Part shown: one piece after another, positions 59,115 through 64,000 of the stretch | Numbering within the stretch: position 1 is the first letter of the stretch | Layout: each line of letters begins with the position of its first letter | DNA from: Glycera tridactyla | Taxonomy: Eukaryota | Assembly (NCBI GenBank): GCA_965644265.1 | Contig: OZ286465.1 | Coordinates: 78,678,001 to 78,742,000 of the forward strand | Direction of reading: 5' to 3' | DNA: 64,000 nt | The notes under the pieces: model-generated | The model's database searches: none | What the model was told of the DNA's origin: nothing | Seen by the model: the letters and a program-made list of their open reading frames with translations, nothing else | Translations under genes and position numbers: made by a program

Positions 59115-59299
59115 TCTTTTGTATATGTATATATGGTCGTATTCTTTGCTTTGTATATACACATATGTGTTTTTTACTTGGTTATGTACGTGATATTGCC
59201 AGTTCATTGCAGTCACCACCTCACCTTCAATTCAAAATGGACGTTTGATATCCAGCCTTCACTAGCTATTGAATTCATCCTCATCTAATTATCATGCGA

Positions 59300-60200
59300 A
59301 GCATCACAATTAAATGATCAACAAGTTTTAGTGGATATGGTAGTAATGCCTCAGTGGATAGACTGTCAGAGATCCCCTCCATCTCTTCAAGGACAACATC
59401 CATCAAGCGTATCTCATGCCACATTTGGATATAATTTTCTTGTGTGGTCTGTTTTTGTTGTAGCAAATTTTCGGCTCTGAATATCGGTTGATGATCGAAA
59501 CCTTCAGACTCAGTGAATGATTTCCAAGCCATGTCGAGTCCGCATGATCTGGCAGCCTCTCGGATAACATATTCTTTCACACTGAAATTCCGCACTCTAT
59601 TCCATTTGAGTTCAGTGGATCTTGATCAAAATGAAGGGATATCTCAATGATACTCTATTGGAAGGGCAAGATACATGCCAATAAATTATTTTGTTTCTTT
59701 TGTAAATTTGGACCCAAATCTTATATTAAGCATAGTAATGATACGAATCATCCAAATATCTGTTGAATCCCAAAATATTTAAAGAAAATTGAAATTGTAT
59801 GGAATATGGGGATCCAGCATGAGAGTGCAACTGAGAGTGCATGGGGCATTTTCAGAAAATATAGGTCGATCTAATTGGCATTGATTATTCGGTAGTTTTG
59901 TCAAGAAATCTCACTATGAAGTTCCACCATGGATTATCTCTTGATATTTGTGATCAGATGACCATCAAATGCGGGGATTGTGATTGCTACGGAGCTGTTT
60001 AGAAGTATGAGTGACCCAGGGCTGAGTCTGAATTTGGACGATCAATGCATGGGAGTAGAAGTACCGCGAGTCGGACAGATTTTCCAAGATGGTGGCACCC
60101 ACAACTTTCGAATACACAAGGTGAATCTCCATGTGGCAATAAAGAGATACATCTGCTCATTCAGTCCATTCATATCCAATCCATTCAGTGTGAATTTGGC
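59300..60200 (-). mobile_element. Probable ancient antisense LINE ORF2 remnant
   Basis: KFTLNG...QMYL resembles the F.LNG...YLG RT motif; many stops. Confidence 0.25.
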
Positions 60201-62384
60201 TTAAAATAATGCATTATTTCTTCGTTTTTTTCCCCTACATGATCTTAGATCATAATCAATAATACTTTTTGCCAATATGGTCTCTTTCTCCCATGAAAGG
60301 CATGCAGTTAATCATAAGAAAGGCTTGCTTGTAACTACCCCTTGACGTTTTCGCTCACACATACAATACTGGAAGCTGGTGATCATGCAGTGATTTTTCC
60401 TTTTGTATAGTCTTGTACATATTCTAGGAGTAAATATATGTGATTTTTTTTCTCTTCTCTTGAGCATGTATGTCGCCAATGCTCGAGGATATATGTGGCC
60501 ATGGACCGATGGCTGTTGTGCAGACCATTGAATTATGAGAGACTCAGCGTAATGTAAATCAGAATCGGGATTACCTGTCTGAAAAGGATGTCACAAAAAT
60601 CACCTGCTCTTTAAGATGTAAGTTTTAGAATAATTGATCATTTGTCATTGTGATCATCAACCTCAATACAAGCCTATTATCATATGTATGTAAAGGTGTG
60701 TCTGAACTGACAGCTTTTTCCACTTGATATTCTTTCTGGTTCTCATCATCTTGTGTTCAGGGTTTGTGTGAGTTATGCTTGCAGTGGACAGACACACAGC
60801 ATACATAGTCCATTAAACTCCAACCGATCAATCAATACAACTGTTCTTATCTGATCAATTTCAGTTTATTTAAGCCTAATGATAATTTTCCTGCCTGCAT
60901 TTTGCTGTATAAGCTAGAGAATAGAAAAAGGTAGGCAAGTATAATGATATTTTCATGTGGATAAAAGTAAAAAGGATTCCACACAGTTTGTTGTATGTGC
61001 CCCTTTACAGCTTGAGGGACACAATGATCAGCGACTTTAGTGGGCAGATGCCCCCAATTCTGAAAATCCTGGATGCATCCATGGTGAATATACTTTGGAG
61101 CAGCACTCAGAGCAGGATTTGTTTTTTCCTCTCTGTTCAGTCATCTGAAAGAATTTACCACTAAAAAGAACATAATCAGCTATATCGAGCCGTCATTTGG
61201 GAATTTGAATGCCGAAACATTGATTTTTTAGATTTAATTTCCTCCTCCCTGGTAAATCTAGAACTAGGCCTGTAGTCCTAGCAAGACAGTTCTAGAAACT
61301 CGGTTGTATTACGAGTGTCACTGTTCCAGGGCTAGACCAGATTACACAAACATTATCATCACGCTTATTCGTTATCCATCAAATTCTTTTGTGGGAATTG
61401 GATTTCTGTGTAGGGATTTGAACAAAACTCAATTGGATCTGTGTTGATATGATGTTCACAATGACAAGGTAAATTTCTGTCTATGATCTGAGAAAATAAG
61501 ACAGGTCGATATTTGGACAGCATGACATTCTTGATTGACAGGGCGCATCAGTAATAATCATGAAGTACTTTCACTATCAGTTGAAGTTATTTCGACTCTC
61601 ATAATTTTTTTCTTTCATTGCTCTGAACTTCTCAACAAGCATGTCATCCACACCATTTCACGTAATTTTTTGAGTATTGTAGTCTCCCTAATTGGTGCGC
61701 CTGGGTGGGTGCAACAGAAATATGTATATGTATATCACAGTTGTGTATATGAGGCATGATTATGGGGCTCAAAGTGCCAGAATCAAGCCTTGCCTGCGGG
61801 GTTGTCTTGTCTAAGATGCAAGAGGGTGCTTTATTGGGTATGGGGCATTAATTAGGGAGTTACTCTGTGGATGTGATGGTCCTATGAGCTATGAAATGAC
61901 ATTGCCAGATGCCTGTTTTACTGAACTTACACTGTTAAAACTGTTTAGCAATCTTATATGTCTCAATACTACAAGACGTGATGATGACATCGGTGATCCG
62001 ACGACCTAAACCACACCAGTTACATAGTATTCATCTTTCACCTCGCTGTCATGTCAATTGCACATTTCCTTTTCCAATTTGGTTAACGTGAACCACACCT
62101 ACGTCAAACCCCTGCAAATCATTCCATTGATTTTCTTCATGGTACGTTGTAATTACTCACAAGAAGAGTTGCCGTACAGCATGTGTCACCTCAGTATCAC
62201 TCCATTCAAGACACCTAAGTAATTGTCCTTGTCAATGGACTTCTTTTTTCTTCACATTGGAATGAGGCACTAAGCAGTTTGAATGTTCATCCTTACCAAG
62301 TCTTGAATGCAGAATCCAATTTCTCTTGTGCCTAAAATTTGTCATCGAATTACCAGTTTGTTCTCTATTCCAAGTTAGACACCG

Positions 62385-62870
62385 TTTCTGTCCCGCTTGC
62401 TTTAGCAGTGGTGGGACATAGGTGTTACTGTTCCGTCAGCGTCGTCGTCGTTAATATTGGTTAAGATTTTGGTTAAGTTTATTCTGTGAAGCCTCACTCG
62501 ATTAATATTGTTCCCACATTCTTGAAATTCGGACAACTTTATAGGCATATTTTTTTCATAATCCTTCAAGTATAATTGGGTTATTTTGAGGGTAAATAAG
62601 ACTTTTATTTGTGAGTTTGCAATTTTTTGAGAAAGCCAGGCCCAATAGCTGTCTACATTGTGTGAGACCCCAGGGAAATGTACATGTGTTGTGCAACTAC
62701 TTTGGTTGATTTCGTCATGAAGCAATAGCTCCACTTCTGCTTCAATAACCAGTATTGAAAGGGCTGAATCAAACAGTTGTCTGTGTTGGTGTATATATGT
62801 CTGTGTTATGTAACAGTTGTTGATTTCTCGGAGCCCTTGCTCGCTCAACCAGCCCTTGCTCACTCAACCA
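62385..62870 (+). mobile_element. Helentron-like element
   Basis: gtccc..gggac hairpin, cgtcgtcgtcg, ggttaagatttt repeats; related hairpin cccgcctgc/gcaggcggg at about 63345-63375. Confidence 0.55.
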
Positions 62871-64000
62871 TTTCATGAATAGGAGCACATGCAGTGAAAT
62901 CTGCAATGAGAGACCCCCTAAATGTCACTAAAAATGGTCTCTCAATAGAGGTGCTATCTCATCGGAAGTATATTTGACTATCCATCGATGCCAGTTTTCA
63001 GGAAATTTCCTGAATTTAGGAAATTAGTCACAAAATTTGAAATCCAAAAGATTCTGGAAGCAAGCTGACAGTTTTAAATCTGGTGCTTTTGGATGTAGGG
63101 AGGGGGGAGTAGTTTCGGGAAATTTGGTCCTGCGATGTGAGACTCCCGAGGAGAGACCACCTCCGACAGGAGACTGTTTTTCGCAGTGCAGCTTTTCTAT
63201 TTGGCATAGTCAATCATACCTCCAAAAGACCACCTCTTTTGCCTTTATCAGAGGCAAGACATAGGCATGCCATATCCGGTTATTGCCATCTTTCTCATCA
63301 TCAACATTGATTAAGATCCAAATTAAGATTCCAGTTAGTTTTTGACCCGCCTGCTTTAGCTCCCGCAGGCGGGACATATCGCTCCATGCAGGAGCTTGTT
63401 TGAATATGAAAGTTCCTGCAAAAGATTTGTCCAACAACTTTCTTTTTGCTGAAATTTCACTTGATCCTTGTTCACTCACAGATCAAATATATAGTACCGT
63501 GAACAGCTGGAATGAATTCGTCTAAAAGCTACAAAATGCAAGGTTTTACTATCATATAAAATTGAAAATATCTGCAATGTTTAATATCATTTTCATCCCC
63601 GAAACTCAAGGTCCAAAAAAGAATCTCGAAATAGAGGACTTCATTAAGCATAGATATACCACAAATGTAGATCAATTTCTCGTAATATCTTGAATTATTC
63701 ACCAAACATTTTGTGACCAATCGCTAATCTATTAATTGTAGTATCTTTGAGTTCAGTGAAACAGGTTATTGAAGTGCATCTACTAAGAACTGCCGGTTGC
63801 CTTGGTTACCATGTAAATATAATCTGTATTGAATTCAGATGCTGCTTGTCAGTTTGCTCTCCAGTGTGCAAACAATGTGTATTGTATAGAAACATTTCTC
63901 TCAATAAAATTTGAGCGTAAAAATTTATTCCATCTATGTTATGATTTCCCATTCTCTCAATTTCATGTTTCCTGGTGGATATGAACAGTATCAGGGATAT

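Noticed and set aside
57800-64000. A second gene downstream of raf
   Set aside because: No chainable exons or recognisable domains; repeats and LINE debris only

Overview
Eukaryotic (animal, probably marine invertebrate) scaffold window with two N gaps. It is almost entirely occupied by one + strand Raf-family (B-Raf-like) MAP3K gene. I could chain 14 coding exons with consistent phases from 7695 to the stop at 55666 (2142 nt, 713 aa, using the longer hinge acceptor): C-half of the BRS coiled coil, RBD, C1/CRD, CR2 14-3-3 site RSTSAP, kinase, and tail RSASEP/SPKTP. The exon for the N-half of the BRS domain was not found. The intron at 50582-52588 is a U12 (minor spliceosome) intron, and a hAT-type MITE inserted with an 8-bp TSD overlapping its 5' splice site. 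The introns hold several phase-compatible open frames with usable splice sites that are absent from the core chain. There are two candidate alternative first exons: 6611-6685 (MG..CC acylation-like N-terminus) and 16836-17186 (would remove the Ras-contacting strands of the RBD). There are also hinge cassettes at 27263-27298, 41385-41552 and 44073-44324. All are predictions needing RNA evidence. The rest is MITEs (TA-flanked CAGT, CAGGG and hAT types), Helentron-like elements (one with a 147-bp tandem array), a 73-bp satellite attached to a MITE end, LINE remnants and microsatellites. No rRNA, tRNA or CRISPR was seen. Human BRAF exon sizes quoted below are recalled, not looked up.
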